Under the pieces are notes generated by a model. That model was given only the letters and a program-made list of their open reading frames with translations. It did no database searches and had not been told where the DNA came from. From NCBI GenBank assembly GCA_963748015.1, contig CAVVHE010000004.1, positions 224,001-288,000 of the forward strand: 64,000 nt of DNA, written 5' to 3'. Positions 62,702 through 64,000 of this stretch are shown here, in pieces (positions within the stretch are counted from its first letter, which is position 1; each line of letters begins with the position of its first letter). A program made the position numbers and the translations under genes. This DNA comes from Terriglobia bacterium. Lineage in GTDB: Bacteria; Acidobacteriota; Polarisedimenticolia; Polarisedimenticolales; JAIQFR01.

Positions 62702-64000
62702 CTACTTGCGCAGATCGTACTTCTTGATCTTGTTGTAGAGGGTCACGCGGTCGATCTTGAGGGTCTCCGCGGCCCGGGTGATGTTCCAGCCGGCGCGCTC
62801 GAGGATCCGCTGGATGTGGGCCTTCTCCATCGCGGCCAGAGAGTCGGCCGGGATGCTGTCCGATCGAGAGCTGATCTGGAGCGGGAGGTCCCCGGGGCGC
62901 ACCGCCGGAGGCTTGCCCACCACGAGAGCCCGCTCTATCGCGTTGCCGAGCTCCCGGATGTTGCCCGGCCATTCGTGACGCACGAGGAGGTCCATGGCGT
63001 CCGGGCTGATGTCGGTGAAGTTCTTGTTCATCTGCAGCGCGAACTTCCTGAGGAAGTGCTGGGCGAGCGCGGGAATGTCCTGGCGCCGCTCGCGCAGCGG
63101 CGGAAGGTAGATGCTGAAGACGTTCAGCCGGTAGTAGAGGTCCTCGCGGAACCCGCCCTCCTCGACCGTCTTCTCGAGGTTCTGGTTCGTGGCGCAGATC
63201 ACGCGGAAGTCCACGCGGGTGGGCTTCGTCCCGCCGAGGCGGGTGAACTCCTTCGTCTCGAGCACGCGCAGCAGCTCGACCTGGGTCTTGAGGGAGATCG
63301 TGCCCACCTCGTCCAGGAAGAGCGTGCCGCCGTTGGCCATCTCGAGCTTCCCCTTGCGGCGGTACACCGCGCCGGTGAACGCCCCCTTCTCGTGGCCGAA
63401 CAGCTCGCTCTCGAGGAGCGACTCCGAAAGGGCGCCGCAGTTCACCGGCACTATCGGGAAGTAGCGGCGGTGGCTGTTGGCGTGGATCGCCTGGGCGATC
63501 AGCTCCTTGCCGGTGCCGCTCTCGCCGCGGATCAGGACGGTCGCGTCGGTCTCCGCCACCGAGCGGACCAGCTCGAGCACCTTGTGCATCTGCGGGCTGT
63601 CGCCCACGATCTCGCCGAACTGCGAGAGCTGGTCGAGCTTCTCCCGGAGCTGGACGTTCTCGGTCTTGAGGCGCCGCTGGTCGATCGCCTTGCGCACCAG
63701 GTGGCTCAGCTCGTCGGGATCGATCGGCTTGGTGATGTAGTCGAACGCCCCCTGTTTCAGCGCCTGTACCGCCGACTCCACCGAGGCGTAGGCGGTGACC
63801 ATCACCGTGATGATGTCGGGATCGATCTCGTGGATGCGCTGCTGCAGCTCGAGGCCGTCCATCCCGGGCATCTTGATGTCCAGGAGGACGATGTCCCAAG
63901 ACCCCTCCTGGAGCTTCCCCAGCGCCTCCGTGGCGTTCTCGGCGGTCTCGACCCTGAACCCGTCCTTGCGGAACCAGCCGCAGAGCGAGTCCCGGACCGA
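62702..64000 (-). CDS. Sigma-54-dependent response regulator (NtrC family); start lies beyond the window
   Basis: Receiver [50 protein letters not shown], Fis-type HTH. Confidence 0.96.
   Translation of the reverse strand, partial: SVRDSLCGWFRKDGFRVETAENATEALGKLQEGSWDIVLLDIKMPGMDGLELQQRIHEIDPDIITVMVTAYASVESAVQALKQGAFDYITKPIDPDELSHLVRKAIDQRRLKTENVQLREKLDQLSQFGEIVGDSPQMHKVLELVRSVAETDATVLIRGESGTGKELIAQAIHANSHRRYFPIVPVNCGALSESLLESELFGHEKGAFTGAVYRRKGKLEMANGGTLFLDEVGTISLKTQVELLRVLETKEFTRLGGTKPTRVDFRVICATNQNLEKTVEEGGFREDLYYRLNVFSIYLPPLRERRQDIPALAQHFLRKFALQMNKNFTDISPDAMDLLVRHEWPGNIRELGNAIERALVVGKPPAVRPGDLPLQISSRSDSIPADSLAAMEKAHIQRILERAGWNITRAAETLKIDRVTLYNKIKKYDLRK

Overview
GC-rich bacterial window. 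Gene content and style suggest Acidobacteriota; this is an inference, not a database assignment. In order it holds: the rimP-nusA-infB-DUF503-rbfA-truB-rpsO-pnp operon (-); a secreted Cys-rich beta-helix/dockerin protein next to a frameshifted cohesin-like lipoprotein; a full rrn operon (16S-tRNA-Ile-tRNA-Ala-23S-5S); an OmpW-like barrel; yebC-ruvCAB; an IS1-like element with terminal inverted repeats; a 2540-aa S8 protease; larE; a long minus-strand block (signal peptidase I, peptide ABC transporter, beta-propeller, SpoIVB, degenerate GGDEF, argS, pseudo-metalloprotease, PP2C, TPR, RodZ-like and repeat proteins); metal transporters (MgtE cytosolic domain, two Nramps); an IS110/IS1111 element; a probable DUF1573 selenoprotein; archaemetzincin and a sigma-54 regulator. 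The strongest findings are: (1) the IS110 3' non-coding region folds like a bridge/seek RNA, with loop segments matching the reconstructed insertion site and the element end; (2) an in-frame UGA in a U-G-C motif with a SECIS-like hairpin; (3) a perfect 30-bp inverted repeat over the oppA start that supplies an in-frame ATG in either orientation; (4) a non-cellulosomal dockerin/cohesin pair.
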